A DNA stretch of 63,278 nt, counting the filler, from Olpidium bornovanus S191 (Eukaryota; Fungi; Olpidiomycota), in the NCBI GenBank assembly GCA_017911155.1. It is 30 parts of 30 records of this genome, joined end to end, with 100 filler letters (N's around TTAATTAATTAA, not from the genome) between each part and the next. Parts side by side here need not be neighbours in the genome. Positions count along the whole stretch, not along the records: positions 45,809 to 47,100 come from JAEFCI010009709.1; positions 47,201 to 49,085 come from JAEFCI010003783.1; positions 49,186 to 50,671 come from JAEFCI010009542.1; positions 50,772 to 53,103 come from JAEFCI010012132.1; positions 53,204 to 55,379 come from JAEFCI010011029.1; positions 55,480 to 60,379 come from JAEFCI010010263.1; 24 more parts are not named here. The stretch is one strand, 5' to 3'. The notes below the pieces were generated by a model that saw only the letters and a program-made list of their open reading frames with translations, had not been told where the DNA came from and did no database searches. Made by a program: the position numbers and the translations under genes. Of the stretch, positions 46,320 to 57,407 are shown piece after piece; the first letter of the stretch is position 1, and the number at the start of each line of letters is the position of its first letter.

Positions 46320-47100
46320 TGTTGCCCTGTAGTTCACCCACTAGTTGAACTGTACCTCTCCGCCACTCTCCGCCACTTTTCCTTTCCCCCTCCCCCGTTT
46401 CTCGTCCACAATAAAACAACGCCATTCTACAACAGGTTATGAGCCCAAAGGCGGCACCCTGTCCGTGAGCAGCTGCCCGTGTGCAGAGGGAGAACAGAAG
46501 GAAAGCAGAAGGAGCGCCGCGCGCCATCCGTTGGCGTGGGCGAAGGAGGGCAGAAGGAGAACCGCCGCCGCGCCCCATCCGTTGGCGCGCGCGCAGAGGG
46601 AGAGGAGAAGGAGAGCCGTGCGCCATCCGTTGGCGCGCGCGCAGGAAAGCAGAAGGAGAGCCGCCGCCGCGGAAGGAGAGCAGAAAGAGCGCAAGACAAG
46701 CCTCCGCCAAGCCCGTTCTGCCCCCGCTGCTCTTCACGAAGAGAGTGGGGCTGCTGGCAAGTGCTTGTTTGTTTGTTTGCGTGTACCTGAACGTGGCACT
46801 CTCCGCCATACACCTAAGAACTCTCAGGCATTCACTCACATTCTTCATTGAATTACCCGACGAGGCCCTGAACCATGGAGTCGACTCTTCGCCTGGTGAT
46901 TCCCCCGCTCACCGAGGAAAATTGGACGTCCTGGAAGGAGAACATTCGCGCCGTGCTCCTCCGCCGTGGACTGTGGGATGTCGTGACTGGTGAAGACGAA
47001 CGCCCCACTCATGGAACACCGAGCCAGCTACGTGACTGGAACCGGTCGAACGGAGAGGCGTATGGCGAGTTTTTCCTGCATATCTCTGACCTCTACAAAC
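46320..47100 (+). mobile_element. Second copy of the copia family at 25227: LTR of about 115 bp, PBS, repeat leader, gag start
   Basis: TGTTG at 46320 to CAACA at 46434; PBS at 46435-46446; gag from 46875 is nearly identical to gag from 25882. Confidence 0.92.
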
Positions 47101-48169
47101 NNNNNNNNNNNNNNNNNNNNNNNNNNNNNNNNNNNNNNNNNNNNTTAATTAATTAANNNNNNNNNNNNNNNNNNNNNNNNNNNNNNNNNNNNNNNNNNNN
47201 ATCCCCCTTCTTCCCCTCCACCTTCCGCCCTCACGCTTCCGCAGAAACACTGGTGGATAATAGTCCGCACTTCTCCGAGAGAAACACCCCCCCCCCCTCC
47301 CCCCGCGCCGACGCGACTCTCGCCAAAAAAGGTCGTTCGCCTAACGAGCCTTTGCGAATTCCCCTCCTCCCCCTCCTCCCCCAACGTCCTTGTGGACGCC
47401 CTGCCGGCACACCGACCCCGCCTTCGGACGCAAGGGAGTTCCCGGAAAAGCTTTCGTCCGCGGCAGGACAGCTTAACACATTTTCGATGTTTCGAACCAG
47501 GAGAGTGAGGAGGCGGGAGGTTGGGGATTTGTTCTTTTTTCTTTGGAGGGGTGGGTGGCGGAGGGTGCCAGGGAATTTTCGTTGTCAAAATTAGCTTATT
47601 CCTGGTTTGGATCGTCCGCCGTCGTTTCGCGCAGAAAAATTAAAAATCAAAGGAAGGGGGGCGAAGGCCGCGCCTCGACGAAGAGCCCCGGGTGGCGCGC
47701 CCGCTCCCGCCTTCCCCCGACAGGCGCACGGCGCTCCGGAGATGCCGTGAGCCGCAAACCCTGCGGATCTCCGGAAGAAAAAAGCGTCCCCGCCCCTCGG
47801 AACTGCCAGGACATATCCTGCCGGTGAACTGCGAAAAGGCAGGCGGTTGGGACGAAGGCGGGACGGGGATGGGTGTCGCTGTCACGCTCGTTTGTTTTTT
47901 TTTTGGCGGTGCGCCGGCTAACAGTTTGTTTTTTGGCCGACGTGAGAAACCAGACTCACGCCGTTTGGCTGGCACCGCTCTAAAACTATCCCGACAACCG
48001 CGCCGTTCGAAAACCATCCCCCCCTTTTTTTCTTTATTCGGCGTTACTGCGGAGGTCGTCCTGAGCCTAACCTAACTAATTTTTTTTTCTTATAACCGTC
48101 CCAACAGTATAATCCTTTTTTCGTGCGTCGCCCACCGGGGGGAGGGGGGGGGGGTAAGGTTCACACGAT

Positions 48170-48786
48170 TTACTTGATGTGGATACGCCTGAGCTGGGCT
48201 TCAGCTGTCTTGGGGATGGTAACGTAGAGGACGCCCAGCTCCATCCTGGCGTCGACCTTCCCGGCGTCGGCGGAGTTGGGCAGGCCGATGCGGCGCTCGA
48301 AGCGACCGTAGCGGCGCTCCTGGATGCGCACGCCGCGGTTGTCGGCGTCGCGCCGGTTCTCGGTCTCGCCGGAGATGATCAGCACGTTGCTGCTGCCGTT
48401 GACCTCGACGTTGACCCGGTCCTTGGGCACGCCCGGGAGCTCGCACTCAACCCGGATGGTCTTGTCGTCTTCGATCGCGTCGACCCGCGGGACCCACGCG
48501 GCAGAGAAGTTGCCGCGGCGGTCGTAGTAGCGGCCGCCGCGGTTCTCCGACCGCTCGCCGCCCTCGGGGAAGAGGAAGCTGCCGGGACGCGAGCGGGGGC
48601 CGCGCGCCGCCGCCGTCGTCGAGGAAGAGATGATAGAAAAAACAACAACAACGGGTCAGCTCCCAGTCCAGAGGGCGGAGCGCCACCGGCCAAAAAAGCA
48701 GGGGAACGCCACCGGGCAAAAAAGCAGGCAAAGAACGTTTACTCGTCGAAGAGGCGGTTCATCTCGCGCTGAAGAGAGACGGCCAT
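48170..48786 (-). CDS. Small heat-shock protein (HSP20 / alpha-crystallin domain)
   Basis: MAVSLQREMNRLFD, then an intron (donor at 48742, first usable AG at 48580-48579), then WVPRVDAIEDDKTIRVECELPGVPKDRVNVEV...ERRYGRFERRIGLP...VDARMELGVLYVTIPK. Confidence 0.93.
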
Positions 48787-49947
48787 TGCGGATTTGCACG
48801 TGAGGCGGGGAAGGTGGGGGCGGGGGTCGCGTCGGGGATGCTGCTGCGCTTTTTCGGCGCTCTCGGCGAAGCGGAGGGAAAGGTAAAGACGAGTGAAGGG
48901 GCGGAGGCCTGAGGGCAAGAGGGAAAAGGGCGGCGGCGGACGCGCGTTTTATAGACGGGCGGTGGGAAGAGGACCGACTCGTCCGCCCGCCCGGGAGATT
49001 CTCGCGCGCGCCACCGCCGCCGTCCGGATGCGGGGGGAAAAAAGACGGGGGGGGGGGGGGGGGCGGGGCGGCGGGGCGAAGGGGCNNNNNNNNNNNNNNN
49101 NNNNNNNNNNNNNNNNNNNNNNNNNNNNNTTAATTAATTAANNNNNNNNNNNNNNNNNNNNNNNNNNNNNNNNNNNNNNNNNNNNCATGTCCCGGGTCGA
49201 CCAGGGCCAAACGCGCTCACAAAATTTTCTCTTCTCAGACATTTGGCGGGACGTTCCGTGCGACGACGACGACAATCTCGAGGGAGGCGGCAGGGACGAG
49301 GGCGCCTCTCCCCCTTCGGATCGCGTCACGTGGTCGCAGGCTCGCGCCAGCCACGCCTCCGCGTCGACAACCAGACACGCGCCTGCCCCGGCAACATCCG
49401 GCTCCACCTCCGCCTCCACAACAAGTCGCAGGATCGTGACCGCCACCGCCCCCAGCAGTCATCGTAGCATGTGGTTGCGGACAACCGCCGCCGTCGCCCT
49501 TCCGTCGTCGACCTCCGCCTCGTCGGTCCCCGTGCCCCTTGCTTCCAGCGAGCCTTCCTCGGTTGCCGCGCCCGCGCCGCCATCTGCCAGCGGTTTTGGA
49601 ATTTGGTCTTGGCATTTGGTAGTTGAAACTTGGTCACCCTGCCTTCTTCATTCGAGATCCCCGCCATCCCTTCCTCGCCTTCAACCTGACATTTGGAGCC
49701 TTGAGGCGCCACACTCCCTCTCGTCGACCTAACCGTCCATAACGCCACAGATAGCACTGTCAGCAAACGTGGTCGACTAGCGAGTATGGTCCGGTCCCGA
49801 ATGCGTCCTCCGGCAATCTTCCGTGTCCCAAGCTGCATGATTTTTTATTTGTCCCGCGTCTCCCGATGGGTATTCAACAATCATAGACTGCTTACATATC
49901 CTCGACGAGGAATCAGGGTGTCGTAGTTCAAATACGCTTGTTGTATG

Positions 49948-50671
49948 TTAATCGTGCATTCTTGAACGCAGGTCTGTTTCTTCTTCGTCACGTCCCAACT
50001 CGTCTTCTTCGTTGAGCTCCGCCTCCAGTTGGGTCGGTTCCGCTCGCATCTCACCAGTTCGACGGCGGAACAGCCGGATCCGAGTTCCCGAGTATCGAGT
50101 CTTTAACGGGGTTCCATCCAGCTCACGAAGGACGTAAGTTCGGGTGTCTCGGTTTACTTCGTCCACAACGTAGGGCCCAAACCACCAAGGCAAGAGTTTC
50201 CGCTCTGTCCGAAACTCATTGAACATTTGATCATTTCGCACTAAGACCCATTCTCCGGATTCAATGGTTCGTTCCCGTGTCGTTTGGGCTGAGTCCACCG
50301 TCTCCTTTGCTTTTTCCCGTTCTTTCTCCAGTCGCTCCTTAGCCCAATCAAGATCGACTTCCCGACTTTCTGGCTGCCTGAGCCGCAACGCAATAAGTTT
50401 TTCCGTCGTACAGCCGTCCTCCCATGGTAGGCCCGCCCAACTTAGCATGTCCATGTCCACCGGGAAAGGTGGGCGCGTTCCAGTTAGTAGCTCCGCTGGC
50501 ATGTACCTGGTCGATCGGGACACTGTCGTTCGGTCTGCCCACAAAGCTAAAGGTAATTTCCTAGCCCATTCCTGCAGATGACCGTTGCAACTTTTCCGCA
50601 AGATCCCGAGCAAACTACGGTGGCCTCGTTCAACCTTCCCATTGGCTCCAGGATTATAGGGTGTAGTCAGG
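49948..50671 (-). mobile_element. Ty3/gypsy integrase core end and GPY/F region
   Basis: YNPGANGKVERGHR, LPLALWADRTT, GEWVLVRN, WFGPYVV, YVLRELDG. Confidence 0.92.
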
Positions 50672-50771
50672 NNNNNNNNNNNNNNNNNNNNNNNNNNNNN
50701 NNNNNNNNNNNNNNNTTAATTAATTAANNNNNNNNNNNNNNNNNNNNNNNNNNNNNNNNNNNNNNNNNNNN

Positions 50772-51330
50772 AAAATGGCGGACATCAATGTGTATAGAAC
50801 GATAATTGCATCGCTTGCCATTAGTTACGAGTTCCGCGGCTCCTTGGTTATTGACGTAGAGCGGAATAGAAACGGAGAGGTCCGGAAACATGTCACAAAG
50901 AAACGCCTTGAGCCAAAGGATTTTGCGTGAAGCGGCTGAGGCAGCAACGAGCTCCGCTTCTGTTGACGACAAAGTTTCATAGCTTTGTTTATTGGATATT
51001 CGAATAATCGAAGAGTTGTTACGGAAAACGGCGAACCCTGTGGTGGATTAGCGGTCTGTCGGGCCATTGGCAAAGTCACTGTCGGCGTACTCAATGAGAC
51101 TGAATAAATTATTGCGAGTTGGAAAATGTAGCCCATGCGAGGTCGTGCCTCGCAGGTACCGGAGAAACGCTTGAGGGCCAGCCAATGGACCTCGGCGGGG
51201 TTGGCCATGAAGCGTGATAAAAAATAAATGGGGGTTGCAATGTCCGGAAATTTTGACAACTTCGTTTGGTCGGCGACAAAAAAATTCCGTCAATCGGCAA
51301 TGCAGCTCTGTGAGTTCGGCTTCCAACAAG
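50772..51330 (-). pseudogene. Ty1/copia RT end and RNase H, frameshifted, with a stop
   Basis: PDIA...LSRFMANPAEVHWLALKR / LRYLRGT...YADSDFA / SSTEAELVAAS...NNQGA...HIDVRHF. Confidence 0.92.
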
Positions 51331-51831
51331 TGATAGGTGAGCTGACTGTGAAGCCTAGCACACTCTTATATGGTGATTTCGCGGCGGATGTCCTGGGCAC
51401 GCGGGGAAAGGGAGTCGAAGAGGTAACCAATGCGTTGCAAGCACAAGCCCCCTGTTCCCCCTTTGTTAAAGTTTCTAATTCCTTGGCATATAAACTAGGC
51501 CTAAAGCACATAGCGGCGCCATGCCCCGAATACAGTTTTTTATTTCGTCCTTTTCGCGGGCTCGGCAGGCGCGGACTCTCCGGCTTCGAATGGTGTGTGT
51601 GTGTGTGTGTGTTGTGTGTGTGTGTGTGTGTGTGTGTGGAAATAGCCCGCCCGCCCTCAATCGCGCAAAAGCACGGCTCAAGGCAGAATTGCCCCCAATT
51701 GCCCCGAATTAGACCCAGACCCGATTGCGGCCAAAGTTCTCTGCTCCCGCCCAGTCACCCCGCATCCTTTCAAAATTATCTCTCTCCGCTCGGAAGCGCT
51801 CGACTCCTTCGCCCCGCCGTCCGACACAACG

Positions 51832-53103
51832 ATGGCTCACGCGGCAGATGTCGACACCGTCTTACGCAAAGCAACCCTGGAGCAGGTGGGCGCCAGGGGA
51901 GGGGCGTGGCGGGGGGTTACGAGTGACGAGCTGCCCCGGGCGGCCTCACGAGCATCCGGTCCATAGGGTCCCTTCGAGTCCGGGTATCCGGACCGTAGGG
52001 CCCTTCGAATTCGGATACGACGAGTATGACACGTGCCATCATCTCTTCCTTTCCCACCCGTGCACCTGGAGCAGCGGCGTCAATCATGGCGGGAAACGTA
52101 CGAGATGTGGGGAAAGACGCACGGTCTCGATATCGAGCAGTACATCCGCCGGGAGGAGGAGCTCGCGAAGACACGCCACTCGGTTGACGGGTCGGTGACT
52201 TGGGTATTGGTGCCGAAGGACGACCCCGAGACGCTGGACCGCATGCTGTCCCACTGCGAGACCCTGCGGCGACCTGCCCTTATGTCGCACCCTCCAACAA
52301 GGGTGCGGTGCGAACTCGATGAAGGGGTGCGGGCCACTCACGTCATGAGCGTGGCCAGCGTGTTCACCCCGGAAAGATACCGGCGCAAAGGTTACGCCCG
52401 CCGAATGTTGACGCTTTTGAAGGAGGAAATGCACCGCGATTCGGGCGTGTCGTTCAGCACGCTGTTCAGCGACGTCGGGAGGACTTACTACGCGCGTTTG
52501 GGTTGGCGGGTGTATCGGTCGCGAGAACTCTCGCTGACCGTTTCGAAGGCGTGTCGGGACCTGGTCGAGAACTTTGAGGATATCTCTCGCCGTGGCGTCG
52601 GGCCGCAGCTCCTCGCGCCTTGCCACTTGCCCGAGGTTGCTGAACAGGACTGCGCGCAGCTCGCGTCAGAGATGGCCGTCCGCTTCTTGGAACCCACCCC
52701 TGCCGCGCGCCCGGCGGTCGCCGTGCTGCCGACGGCGGACCTTTACGGTTGGTTCATTACGAGAATGCGCGCGCACGGCGTCCAGGACGACGTCCCCGTC
52801 GGCGTCCGCTTCATTTCGGGCGGTGGCGATGCTGTACCAGCATCCGTCTCCTTTGCGGCGTGGTACATAGATCTACACGCGAAGAAGATGACCTTCTTAC
52901 GACTCCGCCATGCCGACTCCGAGAGCCTCGCCGTCGTCCTGTGTGCGGCACTGGATGTCGCGTCTCGTCTCGGGCTCGACAGCATCGTCTGCTGGTGCCC
53001 GCCGGAGAACGTAGTTTTGCAGAGATTCTGTGAAAGCTTCGTTTCCCGCGCTGGCGATCTCGCCGATGTGGCGGACCGCGACCGGTCGCTGCCAAGCCTC
53101 ATG
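51832..53103 (+). CDS. GNAT-family N-acetyltransferase (fungal LYC1-like), 3' truncated
   Basis: Exon 51832-51885 plus the exon from 52075 (phase 0): W....L.IEQYIRRE, TWVLV, CETLRRPA, and the acetyl-CoA motif VASVFTPERYRRKGYARRML. Confidence 0.85.
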
Positions 53104-53203
53104 NNNNNNNNNNNNNNNNNNNNNNNNNNNNNNNNNNNNNNNNNNNNTTAATTAATTAANNNNNNNNNNNNNNNNNNNNNNNNNNNNNNNNNNNNNNNNN
53201 NNN

Positions 53204-54795
53204 CCATGGGAGTGTGCGGTGGTGCTGGTATGAAAGTATGAGCGGAACAAGATGCCAGACGCTTAAGGAGGGCCAGAAGGCCCGCAGGAAGTGGATCTCC
53301 GTCGAGTCCGAGGACTGGAGAAGCAAGAGGAGGCGGAGCATCAAGTAACGTTAAAAACTACAAAACGAGCGTTGGGAGCGAAGCGAAATCAGACGAGGGC
53401 GCGGGCGAATAATCCCCACCTGCCAAAGCATAAAATCCGACAGTCGGATCTCGCCGGATGTCCGCACCAGTATGTCCACAGGCGGCGAGTCCTTCGTCCG
53501 TAACAGCCGCTCTATGTCGAGCTCGCCAAATTCTCTGTCGTGCGACGAAGAATCGACCTGAGCTAACTATCGCTCAGGTTCGTGGGGACAAAGCGTCGCT
53601 TCTGCGCGCATTGCCTTCAAAAAGCCAAGCTGGGGCGAGTCGCTCCGTTTTACTGGAACTGCCTGTCAACCACCCACGCTGGATCCAGTTCGTTGTTTGC
53701 GCAGCGCTCGGCTACGGTCCTGACGGCGGCGGTGATCTCTTCCCGAGAGGTGTACGGACAGCAGACATTAAGAATCGTTCTGGCGAGCCAGAAGTAACAG
53801 ATGCCGGCGCGGGCGTTATTAGTGCAGAAAACGGGAATCGGTACGCCACTTGACCGAACTCCGGCGCGGCTCGTTCATCGCGCCACACTTACCTGCCGTT
53901 TTTCAGAGTTATCTCCTCCGCTCGCCTGGCTGCCTCCTGCACGTCTTTCGGAAGCAGCGAAACGTCGCCGACGACGCGTATCTGCACACCATTGCTGTTT
54001 ATGATATCGCTACGCGCGGTTGTCGAGAGGATATTTTCGTTCAAGGTGAGCACAAGGCCCTTTTTTGCTTTGTCCGGTGAACGAGGCCCGGTCGACGACG
54101 CCTCATTCGACCAGGGAGAGGCTCGACACTCCAGACCACCGTCTCGCTTTTTTAGGCTAACCTTTTTTCACACATGAAGTCGAGTTTCTCCTTGAGCAGG
54201 CTCATCAGCATGGCGACCTCATCCTTCGGTCGTTTAAAGTTTTCTATGCTGAACGCGTACACTGTTGCGACGCGCACGCCTAACCGGAAACACCATTCCA
54301 GGATCTGCTAGGTTCGAAAACCGGACCGTGCCGGCAAGCCGTGTCAGCGGGAGTACCTTTCCGAGCTCTGCCCCAACCCCTCTTTCCACCTTTCCCCCGG
54401 TCTGCTGGGGGAGATTTTTTGGTTCGTGCGTCCTCCGAGCTCTGGTGACCTGTCGGCCTAAGCCGCCTCTGAAACGCGAAGGCGGGAGACGCCGTTCCCC
54501 TGGCGCCGCCGCCGCCCAGCCAAAGGCGCACCTCCTCGAGCTTCTCGAAGCCGCGGAGGTGTCCAAAAGCCGCGTGGGCGCCGTGACTCTGGGCGAAGCG
54601 CCGGTTGCCGTCCATGATGAAGGCGATATGCTCGGGCACGGGCCCCTGCCGCAGGACGCGCAGAGCCAGGCGCTTGGCGGTGGAGTTGAGCCTCCCCGCC
54701 GCGGCCGACAGCAGGGAACGCAGTGCAAAAACCGACGAGAGCGAGAGACCGCCGCGGGCCGGCGGCGGGGCCTTCGGCGGCGGCGCCGCGGTCAT
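53204..54795 (-). CDS. RER2: cis-prenyltransferase (dehydrodolichyl diphosphate synthase catalytic subunit, RER2/SRT1/DHDDS)
   Basis: [70 protein letters not shown] and WPSLSVW over six or more exons. Confidence 0.95.
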
Positions 54796-55954
54796 ATGGG
54801 CGGCGCGGGCGCTCTGCCACGGTGGCGCGGGCGTGCAGAGAGGCCGGTCCCGCACGGAGGAGGGCGGCGGAGGAGGAACAGACGCTGCAGGCGGCAGCGG
54901 GGACAGGACGAGCGGCGGAGGTAAGGCGCGCGGAGGATGGCAGGAGAGGAGAGGGAGCTGGGGACGGACGCCCGCGAAGCCGAGGTGTCACCTGGAGAAA
55001 CGGGGCGCTCGGCGCGCCGCGTCTTATCCCCTCCGCTGCTCTCTCTCTCTCTCTCTCTCTGAAAGCAGAGATGATCTTCAAATCTCCTCCGGGGAGGGAA
55101 AAAGACCGGGGGGGGGGGGGGGCACCGACGGGCGGATTACACAAGAAAAAAAAAAACAAAAGAAAATAAATTATGTTTTTTATAAACAATTCTATTAACC
55201 CTAAGCATTATTGTTATTTGCACAGCAGCGAGCCCCAATTTGGCATCGTTGCACCCGCGTTCTCTCCCCGACCCTCCCGCGGTCTGCCATTTCGCGCACG
55301 GGCAGGGCACACACCCCGCCCCCTTCCCCGCCAAAACCAAAACAAAAAAAAAAAAAAAAACAAAAAAAAAAAACCCCGGNNNNNNNNNNNNNNNNNNNNN
55401 NNNNNNNNNNNNNNNNNNNNNNNTTAATTAATTAANNNNNNNNNNNNNNNNNNNNNNNNNNNNNNNNNNNNNNNNNNNNACTCATGCCAGCCAGCCAAGC
55501 AATCACCAGTTCCAACGTTCTTCCGTTGCTTCCCCGCCGCACAATACGAGTCTGCACCGTCTTCACCACCCCCGGTCCGAAACCGCTTCACCCCTTGCAA
55601 AGCAGCCTCGAATGACGCCAAGTATTGGACGACATTCGGCCTGCAGTCAGGCCAACGGCAGTTGCTGCTTGCGCCCGCAAACCGCGTGTGCGCGTTGGGT
55701 GTGAGCGTGCCTGCCAACAGAGCGGGTCGACTGCAAAACTATTTGGATTTCGTCCTACCGCCTGCGGTGCACAGAATGTCAATCATAGAATGCGAAGGTA
55801 GTTTTGGAGAGGCAACAATTGGCTATGAGGTAGCCGACAGCGAACCCCGTCCATTCGCGCAAGTGTTGTGGCGGCATCAAAAAAAAAAAAACGCGGCCGC
55901 CTACAACAAAATCCCTGTCTGCTTTCTTCCCCACCCTCCGCCGCGGGCCCGGAT

Positions 55955-57156
55955 TCACCACAATCCGACAACATAGAGCTTGTAGGCGGCTACTGCGACG
56001 AGAGCGACGATGAGAGCCCACACCGCCCACCGGGCGTAGACTCTTCCGACGCCGCGGACGCTCTCGATGATGATTAGGTTGCGCCGAAAGATTTCGAGCG
56101 CTTCTCGCGGCAGCTTCTCCATCAGGCTCGGGTCTTCGGCCGCCCGCGACTCCAGCCGGGCGACGAAGTCGTCCCGCACGCTCAAGGGCAGCGGGTCAAA
56201 AATCTCCAGTCCGGGGGTGGCATTCTCGCAGCCCGAGTCCTTTTTTTCCGACGGCCGAACTTTCTCGCGGCCGCCGCCGATAACGTCCAAAAACTTGGCC
56301 CGCTTCTCAAGGATGTTGCGGACGACGCGGCCGCCTGACACGCCCCTTCGCGCGTCAAACTTGGGCGGCAATATTTTCTGAACAATTATTGATGAGAAGC
56401 GGGTTGGCAGAACCTCACCTGCAAAAAGACCGTTGTAAAAAGTGAAGCCGTACGCAAGAAGCAGGTCCGGATCCTGTTTTGAGATCGTCTCGATGTGCTC
56501 CTTTTTGCACGAGAGCCACTGACACATGTCACGCGACTGGCTAGTAGTTATTGGCCGTCGTCCTTCACCTGAATTCGCCTTCGTACCACGTATTCTTTGA
56601 CGTGCTGCGGCATCTCCGCCAAAATTGTCTTCTCCCAGTCCGGACCGTAGTAGTACTCTAGGTCGCGCTCGAAGGCGGCCGTTCGCTCCAGGGCAGGGAT
56701 GTGGGCCTTTGCGAGCGCATAGGAAGTGCCGTACGCTACATGGCTGTTCCACTGTTCCTCGAAGCACTTGAAGACGAAGTAGAAATTCCGGACGTGCTGC
56801 CTGTATATTCTATGGTCGCCGGCCGCCTGCAAAATTTTTTCAGATCCTGCGAGGTTTAGCAGTCGCGGGGGCGCGCGGTAGTACACAGCAGCGCAGGCCT
56901 ACGGCTGAGAGAGAGGGCGCGCGTCGATTCCCCCCAGCGGCTCGCGGCTGGACTCCTTGTTCGAAAAACGACGTCGGGGGGAAGGGGAGGGGGTTGGGCC
57001 GGCTGGCCCCCCTCTCCCCCACAAAAGACCCACCGCAACGATTCCGGCCATCACGGCCGCATTGTTCTTCGTGTGCAGCTTCCTCGTGGCCGCGTTTATT
57101 GCGCGAGCGAGCGGCGTGGCCAGTGAGGCTGCGGCGGCTTCGCGCGCCGGGGCCAT
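55955..57156 (-). CDS. HMX1: Heme oxygenase with a C-terminal membrane anchor
   Basis: INAATRKLH (proximal His), NFYFVFKCFEE, LERTAAFERDLEYYYG, FYNGLFAG|GRVV (kinked helix), EALEIFRRN, and a C-terminal hydrophobic WAVWALIVALVAVAAY. Confidence 0.88.
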
Positions 57157-57407
57157 TTCGAGCAAAGCGCCCCGCCTAAGACGCGTGTGCTTCACACAAC
57201 CCAGCGGCGGCCAGCGGGCGCAAGCTGCGCGCAGCAATGACGAACGTCAGCTTCTCAACAAGTGCCGCAAACGTGCCCCACTCGCAAGAGCGCACGATCC
57301 CTTTTTTTTTTTTTTTTTTTTTTTCACCTAAGCGCAGGTTCCTCTCCTTTGCCCTTTTTGGCTGTGCGTGCGCGTGTTGTTCCGGTGGGCCAGCGGGCGC
57401 AGGCGAC

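Noticed and set aside
49187-49732. Ser/Thr/Ala-rich 181-aa ORF
   Set aside because: No motif. It lies antisense and downstream of a gypsy integrase and is probably part of the element's 3' region.
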